Positions 1 to 11,427 of a stretch of 64,000 nt of DNA are shown here, one piece after another (within the stretch, counting starts at the first letter, position 1; each line of letters opens with the position of its first letter). The notes beneath the pieces were generated by a model. The model ran no database searches and was not told where the DNA came from. It saw only the letters and a list, made by a program, of their open reading frames with translations. The translations under genes were made by a program, and so were the position numbers. The DNA is taken from NCBI GenBank assembly GCA_963665115.1, contig OY762007.1, forward strand, positions 2,304,001 through 2,368,000. Direction: 5' to 3'. This DNA is from an uncultured Rivularia sp. GTDB taxonomy: Bacteria; Cyanobacteriota; Cyanobacteriia; Cyanobacteriales; Nostocaceae.

Positions 1-1
1 G

Positions 2-1417
2 GTAGCTGCGGGACTAAAAAACTTGAATGAAAATTTTTCGGCAGATGACAGCATTACTTACGATAAAGACTTAAAACCTTGGGTTGGTGGTGTCATGGTA
101 GCCGTATTACCTCCAAGTGCAGTTCAACCCGCACAGAATAAGCCTCAATCATCGCCAGAACCAAATATCCTCATGGTGGTAGGAATTAAAGACAAAGTAG
201 AAGCTTTAAATTTTACCAACAAACTCAAGCAGCAGAAAAACGTCAAGATTAAAGAAATTAAATATAAAGGTCAAACAATCCAAGAAACCAAAGGCAAAGG
301 AAGTCCTACATACAGCACCATATTAAACGATCGCGTATTATTTTCTCCTTCCCAGAATGCTGTAACCCAAGCAATCGACACTTCTCAAGGAGAACCTTCA
401 TTTTTAAGTAAAACAGGTGCTTCTCAAGTTATCGGAAATGATCTCAATTTGGAGAACACTTTAGCACAAGTTTACGTACCCGATTATTCGAGTATGGTAA
501 AGCAGTTAATTGCTACTAATCCCCAAGCGCAACAACTACCACCGCAAACCCTAGAACAGTTGAAGCAGATAAAATCCGTTGTTGCAGGGATCGGCGTTGA
601 CGACAATGGATTGCGAGTCAAAGCAAACACCAACCTAGACGCGCAAAGAGTAAAATTCAAATACGATAAAACACCCGGTAAAGTATTAACCCAAGTCCCC
701 CAAGATACAATCGCTCTAGTCAGTGGAGCAGGAATCAGTAAATGGTGGACGACTTTTGCAGAACAAGCAAAAGATACCCCCGAACTCAACGTAGTACTTC
801 AACAAACACGCGGACAATTAAAATTAGTCAATATTGATTTAGATAAAGACGTATTTAGCTGGATGGATGGAGAATTTGGTATAGCCGCAATTCCTATAAA
901 TGAAGGGCTATTAAAGCAAATTGGTTTCGGTGGTGCATTCCTATTTCACACCGGCGATCGCCAAACAGCGGAAGCCACATTTAGTAAATTAGATGCTATA
1001 GCCAAAGGGCAATCAATCAAAATAGCTCAGAAAGACATCGACGGCAAAAAAATTACCGAATGGCAAATTCCCGGACAAGGTGCATTACTAGCTCACGGTT
1101 GGCTAGATGACAAAACCGCACTACTAGCCCTCGGCGGTCCCATAGCTGAAACGCTTGTCAACAAAGAGTTTAAGCCTCTAAACGGCAGTCAAAGCTTCCA
1201 AGGAATAACGGAAACATTACCACAAGAAAACGGCGGTTACTTCTACCTCGATATGGAAAAAGCCCTACCATTCGTTACCCGTTTCTCCCCACAAACACCA
1301 GAAGCAACCGCTATCCTCAATTCCATTCGTGGAATCGGCGTTACCGCAACCAGCCCCAACAATTCCTTAACCCAAATGGAAATGTTGTTAGCGCTGAAGA
1401 AAAGCAGCGAACAGTAA
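2..1417 (+). CDS. DUF3352-like protein, 5' partial (frame open from window start)
   Basis: Long ORF resembling cyanobacterial DUF3352 proteins (KPWVG, SWMDGEF, GYFYLD segments). Confidence 0.75.
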   Translation, partial: VAAGLKNLNENFSADDSITYDKDLKPWVGGVMVAVLPPSAVQPAQNKPQSSPEPNILMVVGIKDKVEALNFTNKLKQQKNVKIKEIKYKGQTIQETKGKGSPTYSTILNDRVLFSPSQNAVTQAIDTSQGEPSFLSKTGASQVIGNDLNLENTLAQVYVPDYSSMVKQLIATNPQAQQLPPQTLEQLKQIKSVVAGIGVDDNGLRVKANTNLDAQRVKFKYDKTPGKVLTQVPQDTIALVSGAGISKWWTTFAEQAKDTPELNVVLQQTRGQLKLVNIDLDKDVFSWMDGEFGIAAIPINEGLLKQIGFGGAFLFHTGDRQTAEATFSKLDAIAKGQSIKIAQKDIDGKKITEWQIPGQGALLAHGWLDDKTALLALGGPIAETLVNKEFKPLNGSQSFQGITETLPQENGGYFYLDMEKALPFVTRFSPQTPEATAILNSIRGIGVTATSPNNSLTQMEMLLALKKSSEQ

Positions 1418-1732
1418 CCAGTTAAGAGTTAGGAGTTAGGAGTTGAAGAGAGCGGAGGAAGCGGAGGGAGTGGAGGGAACGGAGGAAGAAAATAAATAAT
1501 TAAAAGATAAAATTAATTGCTTCCTCTGCCTCCCCTGCTCTCTTCCCCTCTTCTCCCTCTTCCCCCTCTATCTCCTTATCCCATGCCCAATCCCCAATTC
1601 CCAATCCCCAATTCCCATCTTCTGTTAAATATTCTTTTCAAATTAAAACAAAATTCCCTCCAAGGCTTATTATTCTTACAGGCAAATTTTTTCCTAATTC
1701 CAAAATCAATAAATTAATTACTAATATTACTG

Positions 1733-2653
1733 ATGGTTATCGCTACAAAAAATACTATTCCGTTATCTACACGCTTGATAAATGGATTGCTGGGAATCAA
1801 GCCGCTGTACGGAATAGCTAAGCATCAAGCCCGTCAAATGATGATTAAGCGTGCGGAAAGAATTGGTGTTCCTTGGAAAAAGCAAGTAGAAGAAATGAAA
1901 ACCGTTGATTGGGAAAGTGAAATCAAGAAAGTAGAAAATCCCAATGTTTCTTATCCCGATTATTATCTTGATTCATTCCACGCTTATGAAGAAGGGAATT
2001 TAGGTTGGAAACCCGCTTTAGAATTAGAAGTAGCTGCTTTGACAGTTCACTCTACACTTTTTAATAAAGCTGGTGATAAGACAGGAGACGCAAAATTACG
2101 CGCTTCTTATCACAATGTAATCAAACCAGAAATTCCCGAGCCACAAGATATTTTAGATTTAGCTTGTGGTGTTGGTTTAAGTACCTTTGCTTTGCAAGAA
2201 ATTTATCCCCAAGCCAAAATCACAGGTTTAGATTTATCTCCCTATTTCCTGTCAGTAGCCAACCATAATTCGCAACAGCATCAAGCAAATATTGACTGGA
2301 TTCACGCAGCAGGAGAATCAACAGGTTTAGCAGATGATTCATTTGATTTGGTTTCAATTTTCCTAACTTGTCACGAATTACCCCAATCCGCGACTCGAAA
2401 AATATTTACAGAAGTAAAACGAGTATTACGTCCTAATGGTCATTTAGCAATTATGGACATGAATCCTCAGTCAGAAAATTATCAAAAAATGCCACCTTAC
2501 GTTTTTACTTTACTCAAGAGTACCGAACCCTGCTTGGATGAATATTTCACCTTAGACATCAAACAAGCCTTAATCGATGCCGGTTTCCAAGCTCCAACAA
2601 TCACTCCCAACAGCCCCCGTCATCGGACTGTGGTAGCGAGAGTTATGAAGTAA
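1733..2653 (+). CDS. Class I SAM-dependent methyltransferase
   Basis: ILDLACGVG motif I; TGLDLSP; DSFDLV; VLRPNG. Confidence 0.9.
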   Translation: MVIATKNTIPLSTRLINGLLGIKPLYGIAKHQARQMMIKRAERIGVPWKKQVEEMKTVDWESEIKKVENPNVSYPDYYLDSFHAYEEGNLGWKPALELEVAALTVHSTLFNKAGDKTGDAKLRASYHNVIKPEIPEPQDILDLACGVGLSTFALQEIYPQAKITGLDLSPYFLSVANHNSQQHQANIDWIHAAGESTGLADDSFDLVSIFLTCHELPQSATRKIFTEVKRVLRPNGHLAIMDMNPQSENYQKMPPYVFTLLKSTEPCLDEYFTLDIKQALIDAGFQAPTITPNSPRHRTVVARVMK

Positions 2654-2764
2654 GGGGATAGGGAGATGAGGAGACAAGGAGACATTAATCCAATATTTCC
2701 TAACTCCTAACTCCTAACTCTTTACTCCCTACTCCCTACTCCCTACTCCCTACTCCTAACTTTC

Positions 2765-3760
2765 CTACGCCCCATTTCCAATTAACAATTTACGTGCCAA
2801 TGGTTTGGGAATAAAGCTAATCAAGAATGCCGCGATAGTTCTTGGATTGAATTTTTGTTGAATCAAAGCACGCAAAAGTAAAGGTCTTGCTTCTGTTGTG
2901 TTATCATCCCGCAATAAAGCAATAGCTAAAGTAGTGTGTGCGTGTAACCATTGCTTGCGAAAGTAACTCTTGAATTCTTGTAATGCTTCGTCTTCCATGA
3001 ATTGATGAAAGCAGAAAATTGTAGCATTAGCACCTCGGATTTTAGCTTTGGTATTTTTACTACCAATATTTATGGTTTCAGATAGTGCATGGACGCGATA
3101 TTGACTCAATCTTTCTGGAGAATAATAAGCTCCACCACCATTATGACAAGCCATATAAGTTAAATATAAATCCCAGAAAGGTCCTGCTTGAGGGGGAAAC
3201 TTGTCCCAATCTATAGCATCTTTCCGAATCACTGCTGCGACAGAACTAGCTACGGCTTGATTGACTAATGCAATTTCATAAAAGGGTTGATAAACTCCTT
3301 CTTTTAATTCATTGCGCTTCCACATTTGAGTACATTCTTCTGTAGCTGCCTCATCGATATTACTATAATCATCTATTATGTAATGGTCGCAAAAAGCTAA
3401 AACCAAATCTTGATTATTCTCAAGCTGCGGAACCAGTTTTTCTAAAAAGTTTTCATTCCACGCATCATCATCGTTCAAACTGGCAATATATTTGCCTTGC
3501 GCTTCTTTAATAGTAGCAATAATATTGCCAGCTACTCCCAAATTAGTTGGATTACGACGAAATCGAACTCGTGGGTCATCAAAAGATTCTACTATCGCCT
3601 GTGGGCTTTCTGGGCTGCAATCGTCGGATACAATAATTTCAATATTTTTATAAGTTTGATTGAGAGCGCTTTGAATCGCTTGTTTCAGGTACATTGAGCG
3701 ATTGTAAACCGGCACGATCGCGCTAACTAAAGGCTGTTGAGAATCCATTTGTAAGGACAT
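2765..3760 (-). CDS. Family 2 glycosyltransferase
   Basis: VSAIVPVYNR, IIVSDDCS, LNDDD motifs. Confidence 0.9.
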   Translation of the reverse strand: MSLQMDSQQPLVSAIVPVYNRSMYLKQAIQSALNQTYKNIEIIVSDDCSPESPQAIVESFDDPRVRFRRNPTNLGVAGNIIATIKEAQGKYIASLNDDDAWNENFLEKLVPQLENNQDLVLAFCDHYIIDDYSNIDEAATEECTQMWKRNELKEGVYQPFYEIALVNQAVASSVAAVIRKDAIDWDKFPPQAGPFWDLYLTYMACHNGGGAYYSPERLSQYRVHALSETINIGSKNTKAKIRGANATIFCFHQFMEDEALQEFKSYFRKQWLHAHTTLAIALLRDDNTTEARPLLLRALIQQKFNPRTIAAFLISFIPKPLARKLLIGNGA

Positions 3761-4124
3761 AACTTTAATTGCTAATTTTCAATAAGTAGATATTGATAAT
3801 TGATAAAAGAGATGAAATAAAAATGTATATTCATCATTTGAAGAATATACACCTCCATCAACCTTTAATGAAAGCAGATTTAGTAAGAAACAGCCCTGAA
3901 ATAATCACGAATAAAATTACTTATACCGTTTTTGTTAAATTATAAATACTAAATTGAATAACTACCAACGTCTAAAGACATATATTTTGAATACAGTATA
4001 TTTTGGTTCTTCTGTACTTGTTGTTTGAATAAAATAGTCGTAAAAAAGGGTTGGGGTATTTAAAATCAAATTAACCCTAAGAATTTCTTAGGGTTCGACA
4101 TCAAAAATTTATGGTTTATGTAAC

Positions 4125-4998
4125 TTATAGCCGTATTAAAGCAGGTTCTTCTGTTTTCCCTGGACTATAGTTAGATTCTAGATTATTACAATAAATTTCA
4201 CAGGAGTTATTCGGACTTTCGATAAGTTTAACCTTGTAAAGATTTGCTCCTAATTTTGCGATCGGTTGACGCAATCTATTGTTGATGTAAAGTGCTATAT
4301 TTTCGGCAGTGGGAACTACCTCGGCAAAATAAGGAATATCTTTGTTGAGGAAAGTATGGTCGAATGGTTCAATTACATAATCGTCTATGACTTTATTCAA
4401 AGCGCCTAAATCGACTAACATACCAGTACGCTCGGCAACTTCACCTTTGACGGTAATTTCTAAATGGTAATTGTGTCCGTGTCCGTTAGGACGAGCGCAC
4501 TTACCGTAAATCTCCAAGTTTTCCTCTTTACTCAATTTAGGACTAGCTAATCTGTGAGCCGCGCTAAAGTGAGTACCTACAGTAAGATAAGCTTCCATTG
4601 AATTTCCCATATAATCAGCCCAAAGTTGAGGATGTTCAAATAACTGCACGCGAACTATAGGTAAATAAGACGATAATCGTTTGTAGATAACCCGTGCAAT
4701 ATTTTCAGTTGTCGGTAAAATTTGCTGAAACTCTTCCCAGACATCGTTGAGATAGGAAAAGTCTAATTGACTGGTGACTTCCCTTTTTATTACCTGTTTA
4801 ACGTCAGACAAGTTGAGTACCATCCCATATTCATTTAACTCCCCTTGAAGAGAGATAAATAAAACATAGTTGTGTCCGTGTCCCAGGAAAATTAGCACAA
4901 GCACCAAATTTTTCAATATTATCTGCTTCGCTTAGCTCGGGGAAAAAATACCGATGGCTTGCCGAAAACTGAGCGCGGCGATTTACAATGCATTGCAT
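4125..4998 (-). pseudogene. queD: Tandem-domain 6-carboxytetrahydropterin synthase, apparent +1 frameshift near 4882-4884 (may be an assembly error)
   Basis: ATG at 4998 reads MQCIVNRRAQFSASHRY...CANFPG; HGHNY continues in another frame; span is 874 nt (3n+1); second domain has FSAAHRL..C..HGHNY. Confidence 0.8.
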
Positions 4999-5138
4999 GA
5001 GTATCTAGAAAACAGAATTTAAGATTCTTAACGTTTCACTGCTTCCAGCATAAACTAAATCTTGTACCAAGTGCGTTTTAAGGAGTTAGGAGTTAGGAAT
5101 AATTAAGGTTAAAGGTTAAAATTCTCCTTGTCCCCTTG

Positions 5139-6365
5139 TCACGCAACTTTCACCGGAATCTGAATTACAAACTCCGTACCTTCACCTTCCGAAGAGAAAC
5201 ATTCTAAAGTTCCACCATGAGTTTCTGTAATAATCTGATAGCTAATCGAAAGCCCTAAACCAGTGCCTTTTCCTTCTGGTTTAGTAGTAAAAAAAGCATT
5301 AAATAAGTTATTTCGCACTTTCTCAGACATTCCATAACCATTATCAGCAATAATAATTTTTACGCTATTATCATTGATTAATTGTGTGGTAATACGAATT
5401 TGAGGAATAAAAAATTCTTTGTTTTTCGCTTTATCTTCAAATACATCAATAGCATTTGCAAGTAAATTCATGAATACTTGATTAAGTTGTCCCGGAAAGC
5501 ATTCAATTTCAGGTAGCTCGCCGTACTCTTTGATAACTTCAACTTTGGGATGAACTTCATTAGCTTTTAATCGATGACATAAAATCATTAAAGTTGTATC
5601 GATACCTTGATGAATATCGGCATTTTTTCGGTATGTTGCATCTTTACGTGAAAACTTACGTAGCGACTGCATAATATCGCTGATGCGCTCAATTCCCATA
5701 TTCATTGAAACAATCATTTTTGGTAAATCTTCTAATAAAAAATCTAAATCGATTGCATCAATTTTATTTGTAATTTCTTCTGGTGTATTTGGTAAATTTC
5801 TTTGATAAAGGTTTAATAAACTAATTAAGTCTTGTATGTAATTACCTGCATATTCTAAATTCCCGGCGATGAAGCCGACAGGATTTTTTACCTCATGGGC
5901 AACACCGGCGACTAATTGCCCCAAAGATGAGATTTTCTCAGCTTGCATTAATTTGAATTGGGATATTTGTAATTGACGATTCAAATTTCGTAATTTTAAC
6001 TGTACGTTGACTCGCGCAACTACTTCCTCCTGCTGAAATGGTTTAGTAATATAGTCTACCGCTCCAACTTTAAATCCTTTGATTTTATCTGCCGTATCTG
6101 TAAGAGCCGTCATGAAAATTACTGGAATATCCTTTGTTTTTTCATCCGCTTTCAACCGGATACAAGTTTCAAATCCATCCATTCCCGGCATCATAATATC
6201 TAGTAAGATTAAGTCGGGAGAGATATTTTCTAGTTGGTTCAACGCATTTTCACCATTACTAGCAACCGCCACGCAATGTCCGTGTACTTGCATGACATCA
6301 GATAAGATATTAAGGTTATTAATCTTATCATCAACAATTAAAATCAGGCTTTTTTGTATTTCCAT
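5139..6365 (-). CDS. Hybrid response regulator / histidine kinase
   Basis: Receiver (ILIVDD, DIMMP, KPF) plus HisKA (GVAHEVKNP) and HATPase (NLLANA, DNGYG, GTGLGL). Confidence 0.92.
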   Translation of the reverse strand: MEIQKSLILIVDDKINNLNILSDVMQVHGHCVAVASNGENALNQLENISPDLILLDIMMPGMDGFETCIRLKADEKTKDIPVIFMTALTDTADKIKGFKVGAVDYITKPFQQEEVVARVNVQLKLRNLNRQLQISQFKLMQAEKISSLGQLVAGVAHEVKNPVGFIAGNLEYAGNYIQDLISLLNLYQRNLPNTPEEITNKIDAIDLDFLLEDLPKMIVSMNMGIERISDIMQSLRKFSRKDATYRKNADIHQGIDTTLMILCHRLKANEVHPKVEVIKEYGELPEIECFPGQLNQVFMNLLANAIDVFEDKAKNKEFFIPQIRITTQLINDNSVKIIIADNGYGMSEKVRNNLFNAFFTTKPEGKGTGLGLSISYQIITETHGGTLECFSSEGEGTEFVIQIPVKVA

Positions 6366-6801
6366 TATCTGGGCGTTGAATAACTTGATGGCGCTTGCTT
6401 GAAAATGCCCCTTTTATCAAAGTCTTTACTTAGCTGTAATAACTTTATAATTAGTATAAAGTTTTCTATTCAACTGTAATACATTTATTTTAAATAATTC
6501 TAATTTAATCTCCTAATATCTCAATAATTAATAGATATTCTAATTAGTTAGTTTTCGTTACTGCAAACAATTACTGTTAGAGCGGTTCTATCTTTAATCG
6601 TTCGATAATTTTATAGTAATTAGAAAAAAAATGGTATTCTAATATGTAGCAAAAAAACAAGTGTATTACTGCAAAGAAAAGAATAATATCTTAATAATAA
6701 TATTTATATTAGACTGCCATCTAAATTAATTACTTTTATCTTTCAAAAAAGTTGCTTACTGTGTTTGCAAAATAAATCTCCGGCAAAAAAATAGTTGCTA
6801 T

Positions 6802-7500
6802 TTATTTGTAAGCACCCATAGAATCTTGTGTTTCATAATACAATTGAGTCGCAATGCGAAACATTTCTTGTCCTGCGTGCAAGTAACTTTCATCGAAATT
6901 TAGAGGAAAATATTTTAACTCTCCCAAACCATCACTAATTTGACTCAAAGTATAGTAAAGATGGGCCGCAGCTTGCGCTAAAGTAGGAGGATTAGGGAAA
7001 GAATGAAAAGTAGTTTGTGCTTGTTTAAGGTCTTCTGCACAATTTTGCAAATAGTCCCCAAACTCTTCTAACAGATCATCATCAAAGGGATCTGCTGCTA
7101 AGTTTTCAATTTGTTCGTCTAATGAATCAAGAATTCCGCATACAAACCGATTAACTGGCTGATATACAAAGCGCAGCCATTCCTCAACCTGCTCGTCGGC
7201 ATTCCGTCTCGTCTTGCGTTTCTTTTTGTATTGTTGTTGTGCTGTTTGAGTCCGTTGCTGTCTTTTGCTATTTCTTTTCTCAAAACTGTAATGAAGTTGC
7301 CTGTCATAAGACTCACGACTTTGAGTATCGCCCAAAACTTCATAAGCAGCATTTATACGAATAATTTTTTCCCTATCTGCTGCTTCTTGATTCACATCAG
7401 GATGAAATAACTTTACCAAGCGGCGATAAGCTTGCTTTATTTCCGCTTGGCTTGCATTTTGCTCTATATTAAGAGTTTGGTAGTGATTAGATTGTGGCAT
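6802..7500 (-). CDS. J-domain (DnaJ-class) protein
   Basis: N-terminal J domain with HPD motif. Confidence 0.88.
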   Translation of the reverse strand: MPQSNHYQTLNIEQNASQAEIKQAYRRLVKLFHPDVNQEAADREKIIRINAAYEVLGDTQSRESYDRQLHYSFEKRNSKRQQRTQTAQQQYKKKRKTRRNADEQVEEWLRFVYQPVNRFVCGILDSLDEQIENLAADPFDDDLLEEFGDYLQNCAEDLKQAQTTFHSFPNPPTLAQAAAHLYYTLSQISDGLGELKYFPLNFDESYLHAGQEMFRIATQLYYETQDSMGAYK

Positions 7501-7515
7501 TATTCCGATTTATCG

Positions 7516-8478
7516 TTAGCTGATGCTACTAACTGGCTTGACTTCCAAATCTTGGAACAGCGGCGTACTTAAATATCTTTCTCCGAAGCTGGGCTGAATT
7601 AATACAATTAAGCGTCCTTGGTTTTCCTTACGCTTGGCAACCCTAATTGCCGCACATAAAGCCGCTCCCGTTGAAATACCCGACAATAATCCTTCTTCTC
7701 TAGCCAATCGTCGCCCGTATGCGATCGCCTCACTATCGGTAACAGAAATTACTTCGTCAATTAATTCAACTTTCAGTATCTGAGGAACAAATCCCGCTCC
7801 AATTCCTTGGATTTTGTGAGGTCCTGGTCTTCCTCCCGACAACACGGGACTCGAAGCCGGTTCAACGGCGATCGCCTTAAAATCTGGTTTACGTGTTTTA
7901 ATGACTTCGGCGATACCCGTTATTGTTCCCCCCGTTCCTATCCCAGCTACAATCATATCCAGCTTACCATCTGTATCCTGCCATATTTCGACCGCAGTTG
8001 TATCTCTGTGTATTTTCGCATTCGCAGGGTTACGGAACTGTTGCAGCATATACGCATGAGGAGTAGTATCAACAATTTTTTGCGCTTGCATAATTGCTCC
8101 ACTCATGCCTTCAATTCCCGGTGTTAAATGTAGTTCCGCTCCATAAGCTCGCAACATTGCCCTTCTTTCGGAACTCATTGTATCTGGCATTGTTAACACC
8201 AAACGATAACCTTTTGCAGCAGCAACCATTGCTAAGGCTATTCCTGTATTTCCAGAAGTCGGTTCCACCAATAAGGTTTTTCCAGGAGTAATCAAACCTT
8301 CTTCTTCAGCGGCATTAATCATATTAGTGCCAATTCGATCTTTTACCGATGCTGCTGGATTCATACTTTCCAACTTCATCACAATGTTCGCCACACAACC
8401 GTACTCTTGCGGAATGCGATTAAGTTGCACTAAAGGAGTCCGACCAACAAGTTCTGTAATATTACGAGCAATACGCAT
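7516..8478 (-). CDS. cysK: Cysteine synthase A
   Basis: [12 protein letters not shown] lysine, PTSGNTG, GTGGT, HKIQGIG. Confidence 0.96.
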   Translation of the reverse strand: MRIARNITELVGRTPLVQLNRIPQEYGCVANIVMKLESMNPAASVKDRIGTNMINAAEEEGLITPGKTLLVEPTSGNTGIALAMVAAAKGYRLVLTMPDTMSSERRAMLRAYGAELHLTPGIEGMSGAIMQAQKIVDTTPHAYMLQQFRNPANAKIHRDTTAVEIWQDTDGKLDMIVAGIGTGGTITGIAEVIKTRKPDFKAIAVEPASSPVLSGGRPGPHKIQGIGAGFVPQILKVELIDEVISVTDSEAIAYGRRLAREEGLLSGISTGAALCAAIRVAKRKENQGRLIVLIQPSFGERYLSTPLFQDLEVKPVSSIS

Positions 8479-8810
8479 TTTCTATGTTCAATTTATTTAA
8501 AATTGGGTATTGGGCATTGGGTATTGGGAATTGAGAATTGGGAACAGAAAACATAAAAATGCCCCATCCAATTATGTATGTTCTAATTTTTGTTTTAATT
8601 CACCGCCATTAGAACAGGCTATCCCATCTATCCCACAAGAGTTATATTTTTGAATTGTATCCAAATCAAAGCTTAATATATATGCTATGGATAGCTTACA
8701 TTTTTATGAATCTATAATTAAACGGTAAATAATTAATTCAATGTAATCACTAATTTTTTATCATACCTTGCCCCACGTCCCATGCCCAATTTCCCATGCC
8801 CCATTTAAAA

Positions 8811-9251
8811 TCAAATGTAATACATAATATCTAAATGCTTTTGGGAGTCCCGCTTTTCACACAAATCTAGAAGCGTATATTTTTGTAATACCAAGTTAGC
8901 AGCTTGACGTGCTTCTTCCCAAACATCTTCTACAACAGCACTATCAGAAGTTTTGGGTTTACTGTCTTCTTCACAGTTTTGTAACTTGTCAAGCCCTTCC
9001 ACACATACAAAAACATCAAATAAAGTAATTTTCCAAGGTTCTCGTGTCAAAAAATAGCCGCCCTTAGAACCGCGTTGACTTTTAACAAGTCCACCACGTC
9101 TCAATGTTGCGAGCAACTGTTCTAAATAACGGTCGGGTATATTTTGTTTCGCTGCAATTTGTCGAATTTGCAATGGCTCCCCTTTTTGGTAATGAGTTGC
9201 TAATTCTAATAACGCCAAAATTGCATATTCTGATTTACACGATAGTTCCAC
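8811..9251 (-). CDS. Rrf2-family transcriptional regulator (CymR-like context)
   Basis: IPDRYLEQLLATL, SQRGSKGGY; C-terminal MYYI; upstream of cysK. Confidence 0.9.
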   Translation of the reverse strand: MELSCKSEYAILALLELATHYQKGEPLQIRQIAAKQNIPDRYLEQLLATLRRGGLVKSQRGSKGGYFLTREPWKITLFDVFVCVEGLDKLQNCEEDSKPKTSDSAVVEDVWEEARQAANLVLQKYTLLDLCEKRDSQKHLDIMYYI

Positions 9252-9525
9252 AAGCAGTTTTGATAAAAGTTAAGGATTGGGAGTTGGGAGTTGGGAGTTG
9301 GGAGTTAGGAATTACAATATCAAAGCTTTCAAAAATGATTCTTAATTTTTTATAGTTATAATCGTTTTTGCTGAGGAAACAGATGGTTGGGAGTAGGAGC
9401 GTCTCGCTCCCTAACGATTAAAAAAAGGCTTTAATTTTACTAATAACCAAGATAATGGCAATACTTATCAATATTTAATTCTAATTTACACAATTCCTAA
9501 CTCATCACTCCTAACTTTCTTTAGT

Positions 9526-9550
9526 ATACTCCGGTTCTCCACTGGGGTTT
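9526..9550 (-). promoter_or_regulatory. Imperfect palindrome overlapping a TATACT -10-like box; candidate Rrf2 operator
   Basis: ACTCCGGT-N5-ACTGGGGT upstream of the Rrf2 gene. Confidence 0.4.
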
Positions 9551-9573
9551 GCTGCTTTCCCTTTACAAATAAA

Positions 9574-9601
9574 TTGCTCCCCATTGATTAACGGGGAGCA
9601 A
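9574..9601 (-). terminator. Intrinsic terminator of the porin gene
   Basis: TTGCTCCCC/GGGGAGCAA stem, T-rich tail on the minus strand. Confidence 0.75.
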
Positions 9602-9634
9602 CTTATATCAAGCTGTCATATTTTCGTTAGTAAT

Positions 9635-11407
9635 CTAGAACGTAAAGGTTGTTCTGAGAGTACCGATGAATACATCGTCGCTATCTTCATTCTGCCCGGA
9701 AGAGGTCTGATAAACAACTCCAGGTGTGATAGAAACGTTATCGTTTACACGATACTTGTAGAATCCTTCGATGTGATAAGGAACATCACCATCTTCAGTA
9801 GAACGACCAGCTAAGTTTCTATTGATGGAATAGGGTTGAGCGCCTCCGAAGAAACCTAAAACGTTACCTCTTCCACCAAAGTCAGGTAAAGCTAAACCAG
9901 CACCCCAACTCCAAGCTTCAAAGTCATCACCAGCTCCAAATCCAGTCACATCATGATAAGAAACAAAGCCACTTACCGAGATCTTATCGCTAGGTCTGAT
10001 TGCAGCAGCCAAACCGTAGGAATTACTCGAAGATGGGTTTTCAAGCAAGTTTGCTTGTGCGGTACCAACAACAGGAACGTTTGCACCTCCGAATCCACCA
10101 GCATCAAACAAAGCACTACCCGCACCGTGATAGCCATGAACGTAAGTTGCAGCTAATGCAACGCGGCTATTTAGGTTAAAGTTCAACTGTCCGAGTGCAG
10201 CGTAGTTACCGTTGAATACACCAGAACCGATACCAGGGTTGCTAGGTTCAGAACCCAAGTAACCTACGGTTAAAGAGCTTCCACGAAGAGGACCGCCACC
10301 TTTACCAAACTTGAAATTCAACGCCGCACCGGCACCACCACCAATACGGTAGATGGGACTTTCGGAAGCGAAGGTAGACAAGGCACCATTACCACCGTCG
10401 TAATCCTCGAAGTAAGGATTAACTGTAGCAACATAGTCGCTATGAATACCGCCAGTAGCAGCTACATAAAGTTGTGCAGGGCCGAGCTTGGTGTAGTAAG
10501 CCAACCAGTCTAAGTAAACGTCATTGCTGTTAGTCGGATCGCCAGTTAAGTTAAAGGTTTGAAAGTTTTCACCACTAAAGGCATCGCCATTCGTATTCAA
10601 ACGTTGGGCATTACCAGTAGCCAAACGGGTGTGTAAAACATCTTTACCAGTGAAACTGGTCTGCAAATCCAAGCGAATTCTGTTTTGGAAGACGGTATTG
10701 TTGTTATCGTCTACGCTATCGCCAAAAGCATCGGTTAACGCGAAAATCGCTTCACCAGCTAACTTGGTTGTTGTAGAGAATTGATTAGATTCCAATTCAG
10801 CTGTACGAGCTTCTAAAGCATCTACTCTTCCGCGTAAAGTAGCTAGTTCAGCAGAAAATTCTTCCTGCAAACGCTGTAAAGTTGCCAAATCTTCTCTGGT
10901 AACAATATCAGCAGTAGCAGTTGCTATTAATTCGTTAACTCTGTCCAGACAAGCATTCAAACCTGCGGCAAATTCATAACGAGTTAAAGCACGGTTTCCA
11001 CGATAGGTACCGTTAGGATAACCAGCGATACAGCCATAACGCTCAACCAAGGATTGTAGAGCTTGGAAAGCCCAATCTGTTGGCTGTACGTCGGAAAACT
11101 GAGAAACGGAAGTTACCTGAGATTGACTTCCATTCTCTTGTCCTTCACTACTGTACTGATTTACTTCTTGTAAAACGTTGTCTTCAGTTTGTTGAGCCTG
11201 AGCCAGCGTTTGTGTTTGTTGAGACTCAAAAGAAGCTGAAAATACAGATGGAGCTTCAGTTCCTGACTTCTCGGTTTGAAAAACTTCAGCACTAACTGCT
11301 TCAGATTCGGTAGCACTGGGAGCCGCGATCGCAGTTGTTGAAACTAGCAATGAAGCTCCGAAAACCGCTTGACTTAACGCTAAGGATTTCCACAAAATAT
11401 TAGACAT
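9635..11407 (-). CDS. Cyanobacterial SLH-domain porin (Som/OprB type)
   Basis: QVTSVSQFSDVQPTDWAFQAL..ERYGCIAGYP SLH segment; C-terminal TLRTTFTF; ATG at 11407 with GAGGA SD. Confidence 0.95.
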   Translation of the reverse strand: MSNILWKSLALSQAVFGASLLVSTTAIAAPSATESEAVSAEVFQTEKSGTEAPSVFSASFESQQTQTLAQAQQTEDNVLQEVNQYSSEGQENGSQSQVTSVSQFSDVQPTDWAFQALQSLVERYGCIAGYPNGTYRGNRALTRYEFAAGLNACLDRVNELIATATADIVTREDLATLQRLQEEFSAELATLRGRVDALEARTAELESNQFSTTTKLAGEAIFALTDAFGDSVDDNNNTVFQNRIRLDLQTSFTGKDVLHTRLATGNAQRLNTNGDAFSGENFQTFNLTGDPTNSNDVYLDWLAYYTKLGPAQLYVAATGGIHSDYVATVNPYFEDYDGGNGALSTFASESPIYRIGGGAGAALNFKFGKGGGPLRGSSLTVGYLGSEPSNPGIGSGVFNGNYAALGQLNFNLNSRVALAATYVHGYHGAGSALFDAGGFGGANVPVVGTAQANLLENPSSSNSYGLAAAIRPSDKISVSGFVSYHDVTGFGAGDDFEAWSWGAGLALPDFGGRGNVLGFFGGAQPYSINRNLAGRSTEDGDVPYHIEGFYKYRVNDNVSITPGVVYQTSSGQNEDSDDVFIGTLRTTFTF

Positions 11408-11417
11408 TATTCCTCTT

Positions 11418-11427
11418 CTCCTCACAC
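11418..11427 (-). promoter_or_regulatory. Yfr1 sRNA target site (GUGUGAGGAG) in porin 5'UTR
   Basis: Complement of the Yfr1 motif ACUCCUCACAC next to the RBS; partial second site at 11508-11515. Confidence 0.7.
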
